A stretch of DNA of 64,000 bases from a virus (taxonomy: Duplodnaviria > Caudoviricetes), in IMG/VR virus record IMGVR_UViG_3300021124_000001; one strand, 5' to 3'. Shown here in pieces: positions 52,873-61,002 of this stretch (positions are counted from its first letter, which is position 1; each line of letters opens with the position of its first letter). A program made the position numbers and the translations under genes. The notes under the pieces were generated by a model. The model saw nothing but the letters and a program-made list of their open reading frames with translations, had not been told where the DNA came from and searched no databases.

Positions 52873-53527
52873 CGAAACACTATCAGTCCTTAAGAATTTT
52901 GCAGGCATCAATCAGAGCCTAGAATTCAAAAAAGGTAACAAACTAACAACCATTTCCTCAGGTAAGTCCGTTCTTGCACAGGCTACTCTGAAAGAAGAAA
53001 TCCCACAAAACTTCTGTGTATATGACTTGAACCAGTTCTTATCTGTACACTCTATGTTCAAAGGTGATGTTGAATTGGATTTCGATGCATCCAACATCGT
53101 ATTCAAGGGTGGTCGTAGTAAACTGAAGTATCGTATGGCTTCTAAAGACATGATTGTCACTCCACCAGAAAAAGAAATTAAACTTGGTGACGTTGATTGT
53201 AGTTTCACAATGTCTGATTTAGACTATGCTGAAATCACAAAGGCTACATCCGTATTGTCTTCTCCTAACATGACTGTCAAGTCTGATGGTGAGACTATCG
53301 AGTTGGTTGCTTCTGATGCTAAGGATGATTCACAACACACAAACTCTATTGTTGTTGGTGAGGGCAATGGTAAATCGTATAACATCGTTTTCAAGACTGA
53401 CAACATCAAGATGGTTCAAGGTTCTTATGACGTTCAAATCTCTTTCAAAGGTTTTGCACACTTTAAAAACACTAAAGAAGACATTCAATATTGGGTGGCC
53501 TTTGAAGCTAAAGAAAGTACATTCTAA
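52859..53527 (+). CDS. 45: Sliding clamp gp45
   Basis: MKLSNETL.VLKNFA.IN, YDLNQFLS, YWVAFE. Confidence 0.92.
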   Translation: MKLSNETLSVLKNFAGINQSLEFKKGNKLTTISSGKSVLAQATLKEEIPQNFCVYDLNQFLSVHSMFKGDVELDFDASNIVFKGGRSKLKYRMASKDMIVTPPEKEIKLGDVDCSFTMSDLDYAEITKATSVLSSPNMTVKSDGETIELVASDAKDDSQHTNSIVVGEGNGKSYNIVFKTDNIKMVQGSYDVQISFKGFAHFKNTKEDIQYWVAFEAKESTF

Positions 53528-53802
53528 TGACTCAAGTAACTACACTGTACGGAACTTTTGATGAGAAACAACTAAAATCTCTCAAGGGTTATATTGAAGA
53601 AATTGGTGTTTGCCTTGCTCGTAACAAGGCAACAACAGAATCGATGGCTGACATCGTTAATCTGGCATATGATGAATTGAATATTCCTAAAAAGATTATC
53701 AAACGCATGGCTAAAGTTCAATACAAACAGTCACTACAAACTGAAGTGGCTGAGTTTAAAGAATTTGAAGCATTGTTTGAAAGCATTCAGGAAGTAAAAT
53801 GA
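53527..53802 (+). CDS. DsbA-like dsDNA-binding protein
   Basis: DI...A.DEL.IPKK...RMAK..YK...E pattern resembling T4 DsbA. Confidence 0.6.
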   Translation: MTQVTTLYGTFDEKQLKSLKGYIEEIGVCLARNKATTESMADIVNLAYDELNIPKKIIKRMAKVQYKQSLQTEVAEFKEFEALFESIQEVK

Positions 53803-54146
53803 ATCCGCTCGGCCGTAGAAATTTTGCCAAAAGTCTAGGGCTTGCCGGTCTACTCGCAGTTGGTGTCGAAGGTTACAAACAAGCCAAAGAAAGGATTGTT
53901 TATAAACAAGATGAATTACCAACTGCGGAGTTAGAAAAACAACTTGAAACTAAACCTGTGTTGCAACTCCAAGCAATATATGGAGAAGAATTACCACCGC
54001 AACAAAGTAGTTATGGAAACTATTACTTTGTTGGTATAGGTCCAAATTACAAACCTGGAACAGAAAAACGTGTTACTGTGAATATGGCTCCAGGTCCTGA
54101 TGGCAAACTTTACGTCAAAGAGAATGACATTTGGCGTAAAATCTGA
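53799..54146 (+). CDS. Hypothetical protein with twin-arginine-like N-terminus
   Basis: GRRNFAK followed by a hydrophobic stretch. Confidence 0.55.
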   Translation: MNPLGRRNFAKSLGLAGLLAVGVEGYKQAKERIVYKQDELPTAELEKQLETKPVLQLQAIYGEELPPQQSSYGNYYFVGIGPNYKPGTEKRVTVNMAPGPDGKLYVKENDIWRKI

Positions 54147-54178
54147 TACAATGTATTTTTATATTATGGAGTTTTTGA

Positions 54179-55117
54179 ATGTCAGATCACATGTTGTGGG
54201 TGGAGAAGTATCGTCCTAAGAAAATTGAGGACTGTATTCTCCCCGATTCTTTGAAGGCAACCTTCCAAGAATTTGTTAATAGAAAAGAGATTCCCAATCT
54301 CTTATTGGCTGGCACTGCCGGTGTTGGTAAAACAACAGTTGCAAAGGCTCTCTGTGAAGAAGTCGGTTGTGACTATATCGTTATTAACGGCTCGGATGAA
54401 GGCCGTCAGATTGAAACTTTTCGAGTTAAGATTAAGAACTATGCATCGTCTGTGTCCTTGATGGGTGGGCGTAAAGTTATTATCATTGATGAAGCAGACT
54501 ACATGAATGCTGAATCGGTGCAACCAGCATTGCGTGGAGCAATCGAGGAGTTCTCTAATAACTGTTCGTTCATCTTTACTTGTAACTTCAAGAATCGAAT
54601 CATTGAACCAATTCACTCTCGTTGTACCGTCATCGACTTTAAATTGAATGGTTCTAAAGCCAAAATGGCTTCGGCGTTCTTCAAGCGTGTTGAGACTATT
54701 TTGTTAAAAGAAGAAGTGACTTATGATAAACAAGTTGTTGCAGAAATTATTACTAAACATTTCCCTGATAATCGCCGTATTCTTAACGAGCTTCAGCGGT
54801 ATAGTGTTGGCGGCACAATTGACAAAGGTCTTCTTGCATCAGTTTCCGATGTGCAGTTAACAGACCTCATCAAGTCGTTAAAGACAAAAGACTTTGCTGG
54901 TGCACGTAAGTGGACTACAAATAACCTGGACAACGATCCTGCTCGTTTGTATCGTAAGATTTATGATAGTCTGTATGAACATCTGAAGTCTAATTCTGTT
55001 CCACAACTAGTTCTACACTTGGCTAAGTATCAGTATCAGTCCGCTTTTGTTCCAGATCATGAAATCAATATGATTGCTTGTCTGACTGAAATCATGGTTG
55101 ATTGTGAGTTCAAGTAA
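54179..55117 (+). CDS. 44: Clamp loader large subunit gp44
   Basis: LWVEKYRP, GVGKTT, IDEAD, SRC. Confidence 0.95.
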   Translation: MSDHMLWVEKYRPKKIEDCILPDSLKATFQEFVNRKEIPNLLLAGTAGVGKTTVAKALCEEVGCDYIVINGSDEGRQIETFRVKIKNYASSVSLMGGRKVIIIDEADYMNAESVQPALRGAIEEFSNNCSFIFTCNFKNRIIEPIHSRCTVIDFKLNGSKAKMASAFFKRVETILLKEEVTYDKQVVAEIITKHFPDNRRILNELQRYSVGGTIDKGLLASVSDVQLTDLIKSLKTKDFAGARKWTTNNLDNDPARLYRKIYDSLYEHLKSNSVPQLVLHLAKYQYQSAFVPDHEINMIACLTEIMVDCEFK

Positions 55118-55527
55118 TGCCTGATCTTTTCAAGGAAGTTATTCCGTCTATTCTTCAAACAAAGAAGAATGTCTTCATGGATGAACGTGACTATAAAGAC
55201 TACAAAGCATTTATGGTCAACCGTGCTTTGTCTTTCCACATGGACTGCGTTCTATATGCCAACGAGATGAATTTGCATCCTGGTCTTGATTCTGACATGC
55301 AATATCAGTATCTTCTAAATACTATCAGACCAATGAAACGTAAGTTTCAGCCTTGGCAACGCCAGGAGGTCTTAAAGGATTTAGAATGTGTTAAGCAGTT
55401 TTTTGGTTATTCTGATGAAAAGGCCAAAGAGGCTTTACGTATTCTTACTGATGATAATCTAGCTGAAATAAGAGCAAGAACAAATATAGGCGGAGTAAAT
55501 AATGATAGGAATACAAGACCTAGTTGA
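55117..55527 (+). CDS. 62: Clamp loader small subunit gp62
   Basis: FMVNRALS, ANEMN, FGYSDEKA..AL.IL. Confidence 0.9.
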   Translation: MPDLFKEVIPSILQTKKNVFMDERDYKDYKAFMVNRALSFHMDCVLYANEMNLHPGLDSDMQYQYLLNTIRPMKRKFQPWQRQEVLKDLECVKQFFGYSDEKAKEALRILTDDNLAEIRARTNIGGVNNDRNTRPS

Positions 55528-55906
55528 GGTTACCCTAACGGAAGCAGATGATTTTTTAAAAGTGCGTGAAACTTTAACTAGGATTGGCGTAGCATCTAAA
55601 AAAGATAAAACACTTTTTCAATCGTGCCATATTCTACACAAGCAAGGTAAATATTACATTGTACACTTTAAAGAGTTGTTTGCACTGGATGGTAAGCCAA
55701 CAGATTTAACTGAAAATGATTTATCTCGTAGAAATGCAATTGCTAAATTGTTACAAGATTGGGGCCTAATCAAGGTTGTGGTTGCTTCACAGATTGAAAC
55801 ACCTATACCGATCTTTATTTCTCAAGTTAAAATCATATCACACAAAGAGAAAAACGAGTGGCAATTAGTGCCGAAATACAATATCGGAGCTAAGAAAAAG
55901 ATATAA
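55502..55906 (+). CDS. regA: Translational repressor RegA
   Basis: DDFLKVRETLTRIG, QSCHILHKQGKYYIVHFKELF. Confidence 0.95.
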   Translation: MIGIQDLVEVTLTEADDFLKVRETLTRIGVASKKDKTLFQSCHILHKQGKYYIVHFKELFALDGKPTDLTENDLSRRNAIAKLLQDWGLIKVVVASQIETPIPIFISQVKIISHKEKNEWQLVPKYNIGAKKKI

Positions 55907-55911
55907 ATATA

Positions 55912-56066
55912 AGACAGGCCCACCTTAGGGCTGTTTGACGTTCACGGTAAAAGGCGTCCGGGCAATTGCACTGTCACCCGTTAGTTGACCCTGTATTAAG
56001 TAAGCAGGACTACGATACGCCTTCGGGGTATCAATTTTATTAACTCGCTTAATTAAGGAGCAAACT
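55912..56066 (+). promoter_or_regulatory. Multi-hairpin hsp20 5' UTR ending in a ROSE-like RNA thermometer
   Basis: TATAAATA at 55902; several hairpins; CTCGCTT (56044-50) pairs with AAGGAG (56055-60) with a bulged G. Confidence 0.65.
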
Positions 56067-56507
56067 ATGACATACATGAAAGATGTATTCGGCCGTGATC
56101 TTTTCAGTCAATTTATTGGCTATGAGGACACAATCAACACCTTGCGTAAAGCAACGGAACAAGCCACAAAAGCAATTGGCTACCCTCCATACAATATCAA
56201 ACAAATCAAAGATAACAAATACGTTATCGAAATGGCTGTTGCTGGATTTTCTAAGTCCGATATTGAACTTACAATGGAAGGTAACAAGTTGACCATCAAA
56301 GGTTCAACCAAGGATAACGAGAATGAAACATTCTTGTACCAAGGTATTGCGAACCGTGCATTTGAACGTACATTCACACTCAACGACAAAGTTGAAATCA
56401 AGGACGCTCAGATGGTTAATGGTATGCTAAAAGTCTGGCTTGAAAACATCATCAAGACTCAAGATGCTATCAAGAAAATTGCCATCAAAGGTGACTCTGA
56501 TGAATAA
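56067..56507 (+). CDS. hsp20: Small heat-shock protein Hsp20 (IbpA-like)
   Basis: YPPYNI, IEMAVAGF, GIANRAFERTFTL, NGML. Confidence 0.93.
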   Translation: MTYMKDVFGRDLFSQFIGYEDTINTLRKATEQATKAIGYPPYNIKQIKDNKYVIEMAVAGFSKSDIELTMEGNKLTIKGSTKDNENETFLYQGIANRAFERTFTLNDKVEIKDAQMVNGMLKVWLENIIKTQDAIKKIAIKGDSDE

Positions 56508-56577
56508 TTGGTGGCCTGTCTCCGATGAGGAGTGGGAACGCCTCAACTATCCTGAAAAGTTTCAGGACAAGAAGTAA
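56500..56577 (+). CDS. 25-aa micro-ORF MNNWWPVSDEEWERLNYPEKFQDKK
   Basis: AAGGTGA SD; overlaps the hsp20 stop and ends before a terminator. Confidence 0.45.
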   Translation: MNNWWPVSDEEWERLNYPEKFQDKK

Positions 56578-56579
56578 AC

Positions 56580-56619
56580 AAAAAGGGGCCTTGACAGGTC
56601 CCTTTTTTTATGTTATGAT
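56580..56619 (+). terminator. Terminator overlapping a sigma70 promoter
   Basis: GGGGCC/GGTCCC hairpin + T7; TTGACA(56591)-17-TATGAT(56614) with TG. Confidence 0.7.
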
Positions 56620-56626
56620 TCGTTCT

Positions 56627-56830
56627 ATGAAAACTACTATCAACAAACCAATCAAATTACGGAACCGTGTTAACCCCACGGAGTTCTATTGGACTTATTC
56701 GTCTTGGGAATCTAATTTTGTGGATGGTGTGGAGTTTCTGCCTGTTACAAAGTTTGATCCATCGGATAACCGTACAAAGCAATTATATTATGTTCGTAAA
56801 GACTCTTTGGAGAAAGTGAAAAATGTCTAA
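56627..56830 (+). CDS. Hypothetical protein
   Basis: ATG just after the promoter (nearly leaderless). Confidence 0.45.
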   Translation: MKTTINKPIKLRNRVNPTEFYWTYSSWESNFVDGVEFLPVTKFDPSDNRTKQLYYVRKDSLEKVKNV

Positions 56831-57110
56831 GAAATTGTACCTTGTGGAAACCATTTCGATGTTTCGTATGCGTTATGTTATTGAATGTGATGAAGAAGGT
56901 CATGCATTGGATGAAGTAACTGTGCACGCCACTGGTGGAGAATCTCTCAAAGAGTTTTCTCAACAACACCTGGATGAAGTTATTAGTTCAAGTCGTGAAA
57001 TTTCAAGAATTGATTATCTTGATTTGTTCGATAAAGACAATGATTATCTGAGTAAATGGTCTGAAGAACAAAAAATGGATTACATCAATAAAATCGATTA
57101 CAAAGACTAA
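56823..57110 (+). CDS. Hypothetical acidic protein
   Basis: GGAG SD; overlaps the upstream stop. Confidence 0.55.
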   Translation: MSKKLYLVETISMFRMRYVIECDEEGHALDEVTVHATGGESLKEFSQQHLDEVISSSREISRIDYLDLFDKDNDYLSKWSEEQKMDYINKIDYKD

Positions 57111-57134
57111 ATAAAATATATTTAGGAGATTATA

Positions 57135-57431
57135 ATGGCCCTTACAGTAACAACTCAAATAACAAAACCCGAATCTGCAATTTTTTGGAGATATTCGGAT
57201 ACTGATGCCTATACAAGATATGTAAATATAATTTCAAATTATCCAGGCGTAATTAGTTTTACTGAAAGTGAGCCAACGAATACCTCAATTACTTCTGTTA
57301 CAGTTTGTCAGGATGCAAATGTGTGGACTTCACTTTTGTCTGCATTAGCGGAAAATGACGATTGTAAAGCAAGAAAAACTTATAATACAACAAACGGAAT
57401 TGAAGATACTTCAACATTAACTACATCTTAA
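57135..57431 (+). CDS. Hypothetical protein
   Basis: CTAAATA promoter, AGGAG SD. Confidence 0.55.
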   Translation: MALTVTTQITKPESAIFWRYSDTDAYTRYVNIISNYPGVISFTESEPTNTSITSVTVCQDANVWTSLLSALAENDDCKARKTYNTTNGIEDTSTLTTS

Positions 57432-57436
57432 TAATT

Positions 57437-57511
57437 CCGGCGTTCGTATAATGGAAAATACAGCGGTCTTCTAAGCCGTGAATATGGGTTCGATTCCTTT
57501 ACGCCGGACCA
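57437..57511 (+). tRNA. tRNA-Arg(TCT)
   Basis: Cloverleaf, GTTCGA T-loop, encoded CCA. Confidence 0.85.
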
Positions 57512-57516
57512 AACTT

Positions 57517-57591
57517 ACGACCGTAGCATAGGGGTAGTGCCGAGAACTCATAATTCTTACGGGGTTGGTTCGAATCCAACCGGTCGTACCA
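57517..57591 (+). tRNA. tRNA-Met/Ile2(CAT)
   Basis: Cloverleaf, CTCATAA loop, CCA. Confidence 0.85.
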
Positions 57592-57596
57592 ATAAT

Positions 57597-58031
57597 ATGA
57601 AACAAAAATTTATTGATTATTTCATGGACATAGCCGAAAGGACTGCAAAGTTAAGTACGGCTAAACGTCTTCAAGTTGGTTCTATCATTGTAAAAGATAA
57701 TAGAATCGTTTCCATTGGCTATAATGGCATGCCTCCTGGTTGGACTAATGACTGTGAAGACTTATTATTTTCTCCTGAAACAGGATATCACACCAAAACT
57801 AAGCCAGAAGTCATCCATGCTGAGGCCAATGCGATTGCTAAACTTGCTAAGTCTAGCGAGTCTGGAGATGGTTCCACAATGTTCCTGACACATGCTCCAT
57901 GCATGGACTGTGCTAAACAGATATTCACAGCAGGTATCAATAGGGTTTTTTACAAAAATGAATACCGAAGTGACCAAGGTGTTGTTTTTTTACAACAGTG
58001 TGGAGTGGAAATAGACAAATACTCTAAATAG
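57597..58031 (+). CDS. cd: dCMP deaminase
   Basis: GYNGMP, HAEANAI, PCMDC. Confidence 0.92.
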   Translation: MKQKFIDYFMDIAERTAKLSTAKRLQVGSIIVKDNRIVSIGYNGMPPGWTNDCEDLLFSPETGYHTKTKPEVIHAEANAIAKLAKSSESGDGSTMFLTHAPCMDCAKQIFTAGINRVFYKNEYRSDQGVVFLQQCGVEIDKYSK

Positions 58032-58061
58032 GTGTATAATGGCCCCTTTGAAGGAGCACCT

Positions 58062-58571
58062 ATGTCTATTAAGATTGTTGGAAGTCCAGATGCCCGATTT
58101 ACACCTTATGTACACCGAGCAACCAAATTCTTTGCAGATAGTTTATTAACTAAGCAAATGCAAGATAACACCAAGATTGTTGTTAAGTTTAATAACAAGA
58201 TTGCCGATCAAGGATACGCCTCAGTTGAAGGATATAACTCCAAGAATATGCCTAGAGAATTTCTTATTGAGGTTCATCCAGGAATTGGAGCCGCAGAGAT
58301 ATTAAGAACCATTGCACATGAAATGGTGCATGTAAAACAGTTTGCTTATGGTCACACCAACGACACCCTAAGTAAATGGCATGATTTAAAAATCGATTCC
58401 GATAATATGGATTATTGGGATCAACCTTGGGAAATAGAAGCAAATGGTTTAGAATCTGGACTATTGACCAAATTCGCCACAGCAGAGAAGTTGTGGGAAG
58501 TGTTTTCGGAATTTAGGAATCCTAATCTTCCGATGAAGAAACGAAAAATAAAATGGAAAGTTAAAGAATAA
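58062..58571 (+). CDS. HEXXH zinc metallopeptidase-like protein
   Basis: AHEMVHVKQ, PWEIEA. Confidence 0.7.
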   Translation: MSIKIVGSPDARFTPYVHRATKFFADSLLTKQMQDNTKIVVKFNNKIADQGYASVEGYNSKNMPREFLIEVHPGIGAAEILRTIAHEMVHVKQFAYGHTNDTLSKWHDLKIDSDNMDYWDQPWEIEANGLESGLLTKFATAEKLWEVFSEFRNPNLPMKKRKIKWKVKE

Positions 58572-59122
58572 TGTCTCATCCTGCACAGATTGATTTTGTC
58601 AAAAGAGTTAAACAAGAAAACCCTGATTTTTTTAGTAATAAAAAGGTTATTGAGATTGGTAGTCTAGACATCAATGGAACAATTAGAGATTTTTTCACTG
58701 AGTGTGAATATGTTGGTGTCGATGTTGGTGAGGGACCACATGTTGATGTAGTTTGTCCTGGCCAAGAAGTGGATCATCCAGATAATACATATGATGTGTC
58801 TTGTTCATGTAATTGTTTTGAACATAATCCATATTGGGTTGAAACATTCAGAAACATGCATCGTATGACAAGAGAAGGTGGTTTAGTTTTTGTTTCTGTT
58901 CCAACAACTGGATGTCCAGAACACGGAACACACGGGCATAAACCAGATGATAGTCCATTGACCATTAAACGTGGTTGGAACTATTACAAGAATTTGACAG
59001 AGCAGGATTACCGTGATAACTTTAACCTAGATGAAATGTTTTCGTCTTACAAGTTTGAAGAAGTCCACATTCTAGGAAATCCTGAAGCACATGACATTTA
59101 TTTTTACGGATTTAAAAAATAA
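58571..59122 (+). CDS. SAM-dependent methyltransferase
   Basis: VIEIGS.DING, VGVD..EGP.VD, FEHNP.W. Confidence 0.8.
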   Translation: MSHPAQIDFVKRVKQENPDFFSNKKVIEIGSLDINGTIRDFFTECEYVGVDVGEGPHVDVVCPGQEVDHPDNTYDVSCSCNCFEHNPYWVETFRNMHRMTREGGLVFVSVPTTGCPEHGTHGHKPDDSPLTIKRGWNYYKNLTEQDYRDNFNLDEMFSSYKFEEVHILGNPEAHDIYFYGFKK

Positions 59123-59193
59123 TTTGTAAAAACTTGTTTTAAAAATAAAAGTTGTATATATAGAAGTATAGATTAATTTTTTCGGAGTTTATT

Positions 59194-59310
59194 TTGTTGT
59201 CTTTATCGAAATCCTCTTTGCTAACATGTGAATATCGCACACCGTTTATTGGTAGCGATAATCAGTCATGGGCGCATGGTTCAGAGGTTTTTGAAGGTAA
59301 GGACAAATAA
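59194..59310 (+). CDS. Putative attenuator leader peptide, 38 aa, containing all 20 amino acids counting the initiator
   Basis: GGAG SD at 59184, TTG start; MLSLSKSSLLTCEYRTPFIGSDNQSWAHGSEVFEGKDK; overlaps the antiterminator strand. Confidence 0.65.
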   Translation: MLSLSKSSLLTCEYRTPFIGSDNQSWAHGSEVFEGKDK

Positions 59311-59334
59311 AAGTAAAAGTCCAAGTAAATTTTC

Positions 59335-59374
59335 AAAAACCTCAGCAACGAAAGTTCTGAGGTTTTTTTGTTTT
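59335..59374 (+). terminator. Intrinsic terminator (3:4 hairpin) of the putative attenuator
   Basis: AAAAACCTCAG-c-AAC-GAAA-GTT-CTGAGGTTTTT followed by a T tract. Confidence 0.85.
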
Positions 59375-59377
59375 GGC

Positions 59378-59493
59378 GTTGTAATCTTACAACACTATGA
59401 AAAAGTTGTTGACATCCTGACCGAACCGTGTACAATAGCATCTTCGGTTGAGTAATCAATCAATTGTTCTTTAAAAAGTTAAGTGTATTTTTT
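59378..59493 (+). promoter_or_regulatory. tRNA-operon promoter 1: palindrome, sigma70 promoter, boxA
   Basis: GTTGTAATCTTACAAC; TTGACA(59409)-16-TACAAT; TGTTCTTTAAAAA at 59465. Confidence 0.75.
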
Positions 59494-59605
59494 TGGCCAT
59501 TCCGCAAGGAGTGGCCATACTCAAACGCATTAGATCCCTTTTATACTGTGCTGGACGTACTAAGCTACAGGCGGTATAGATCCCTTTTAATGTGTTTGAG
59601 TATGT

Positions 59606-59680
59606 TGGGGAGAAATCGATTGGAGCAGATATTGCGCTTTGACCGCAAGTGATAGGGTTCGATTCCCTACTCCCCTGCCA
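59606..59680 (+). tRNA. tRNA-Gln(TTG)
   Basis: TTGCG-CTTTGAC-CGCAA arm, T-loop, CCA. Confidence 0.8.
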
Positions 59681-59693
59681 AATAAATATATCT

Positions 59694-59879
59694 ATGATAG
59701 TAAATAACATAGTCAACAGATGGGACGTGGTGCAAAGCCAACGCCGACATATAGAGTATCGCACTCTAGAAGATCCTGTAACTCATAAAAAAGTTATAGA
59801 GGTCGAGGTACACCTTTACAATAAAAATGGTGTAGTACAGCCTGTTACTAAGGGAAACTCCGTAGATATAAAAGTATAG
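59694..59879 (+). CDS. Small hypothetical protein
   Basis: AATAAATA upstream; ORF fills the gap between two tRNAs. Confidence 0.45.
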   Translation: MIVNNIVNRWDVVQSQRRHIEYRTLEDPVTHKKVIEVEVHLYNKNGVVQPVTKGNSVDIKV

Positions 59880-59970
59880 GAAACGTGGCAGAGTCCGGTT
59901 TATTGCACCTGTCTTGAAAACAGACGGCTCTGAGAAGGGTCCGTGAGTTCGAATCTCACCGTTTCCACCA
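59879..59970 (+). tRNA. tRNA-Ser(TGA)
   Basis: Cloverleaf with long variable arm, CCA. Confidence 0.92.
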
Positions 59971-59988
59971 ATTTTATAAGGAGGCATT

Positions 59989-60573
59989 ATGCCAGCAGTA
60001 TTTCTAGTAAGTGACACACACTTTGGTCATACTGGTGTGTGCCGATTCATGCAAAACGATGGTGTTACAAAACTTAGGCCATGGACTGATCCAAATGAAA
60101 TGGATGAAGAAATGGTTAAGCGTTGGAACGAAACAGTAAGACCTAACGACAAAGTTTACCATCTTGGTGACGTTGTTATTAACCGTAAAGCACTAAGCAT
60201 TATGAGTAGGCTGAACGGTGATAAAGTTCTTATTCGTGGTAACCATGACATCTTCCGTGATGATGAATACAGACAATACTTCCGTGAACTACGTGCATAC
60301 CATGTAATGAACGGAATGATTCTGTCGCATATTCCAATTCATGAAGCAAGTCTTGGTCGTTTCGGTGTTAACATTCATGGACACCTACATTCAAATCGTG
60401 TGATGAAGAATGATCCATTTGGTCATCGTGAACCAATGATTGACACCAGATACCATTGCGTATGTGTTGAACAGACCGATTTTCGGCCTATTCTTTTTGA
60501 AGATGTTATCAAACGAATCAAAGAAGAAGGTGGTGAGGTTGGTTTCCGTAACGGAAACGGACCCACAATGTAA
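59989..60573 (+). CDS. Calcineurin-like metallophosphoesterase
   Basis: SDTHFGH, LGDV, GNHD, HGHLH. Confidence 0.9.
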   Translation: MPAVFLVSDTHFGHTGVCRFMQNDGVTKLRPWTDPNEMDEEMVKRWNETVRPNDKVYHLGDVVINRKALSIMSRLNGDKVLIRGNHDIFRDDEYRQYFRELRAYHVMNGMILSHIPIHEASLGRFGVNIHGHLHSNRVMKNDPFGHREPMIDTRYHCVCVEQTDFRPILFEDVIKRIKEEGGEVGFRNGNGPTM

Positions 60574-60575
60574 TT

Positions 60576-60665
60576 GGAGAGTGGGCAGGATGGTAATGCA
60601 CCGGTTTGCTAAACCGCAGACTATAGAAATATGGTCACAGGGTTCGACTCCCTGACTCTCCACCA
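60576..60665 (+). tRNA. tRNA-Ser(GCT)
   Basis: Cloverleaf with long variable arm, CCA. Confidence 0.9.
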
Positions 60666-60739
60666 AGTTGTGTTGCAACTGATTTGAGGAACTCCCGTCC
60701 ACCTCAATGAAAATGACAAAAAAACGGGGCCAAATTTAT

Positions 60740-60815
60740 GTACGTGTGACCCGAAAGGCTAGGGAACGGATTGCAAATCCGTTTTATGCAGGTTCGATTC
60801 CTGTCACGTACTCCA
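60740..60815 (+). tRNA. tRNA-Cys(GCA)
   Basis: Cloverleaf, U73, CCA. Confidence 0.9.
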
Positions 60816-60821
60816 AATTCT

Positions 60822-60927
60822 GTTGTATTTTTACAACAGTGGTTGACAAAGATGTTGGTTGTGCTATAATTCATCCATGAATTGAGAAATCAATCAATTG
60901 TTCTTTAAAAAGTTAAGTGTATTTTTT
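60822..60927 (+). promoter_or_regulatory. tRNA-operon promoter 2: palindrome, sigma70 promoter, boxA
   Basis: GTTGTATTTTTACAAC; TTGACA(60843)-16-TATAAT; 40-bp leader identical to 59454-59493. Confidence 0.8.
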
Positions 60928-61002
60928 ATTCCGTTGGACTTCTGGTGAGGTCAGTAGGCTTTCAACTTACGCAGGCGAGTTCGATCCTCGTACGGAATAC
61001 CA
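60928..61002 (+). tRNA. tRNA-Glu(TTC)
   Basis: Cloverleaf, CCA. Confidence 0.85.

Noticed and set aside
59228-59764. Track ORFs 59228-59455, 59262-59459, 59464-59652 and 59471-59764
   Set aside because: They cross a terminator, promoter, boxA or tRNA and lack SDs; the 59194 ORF has an SD and a coherent structure.
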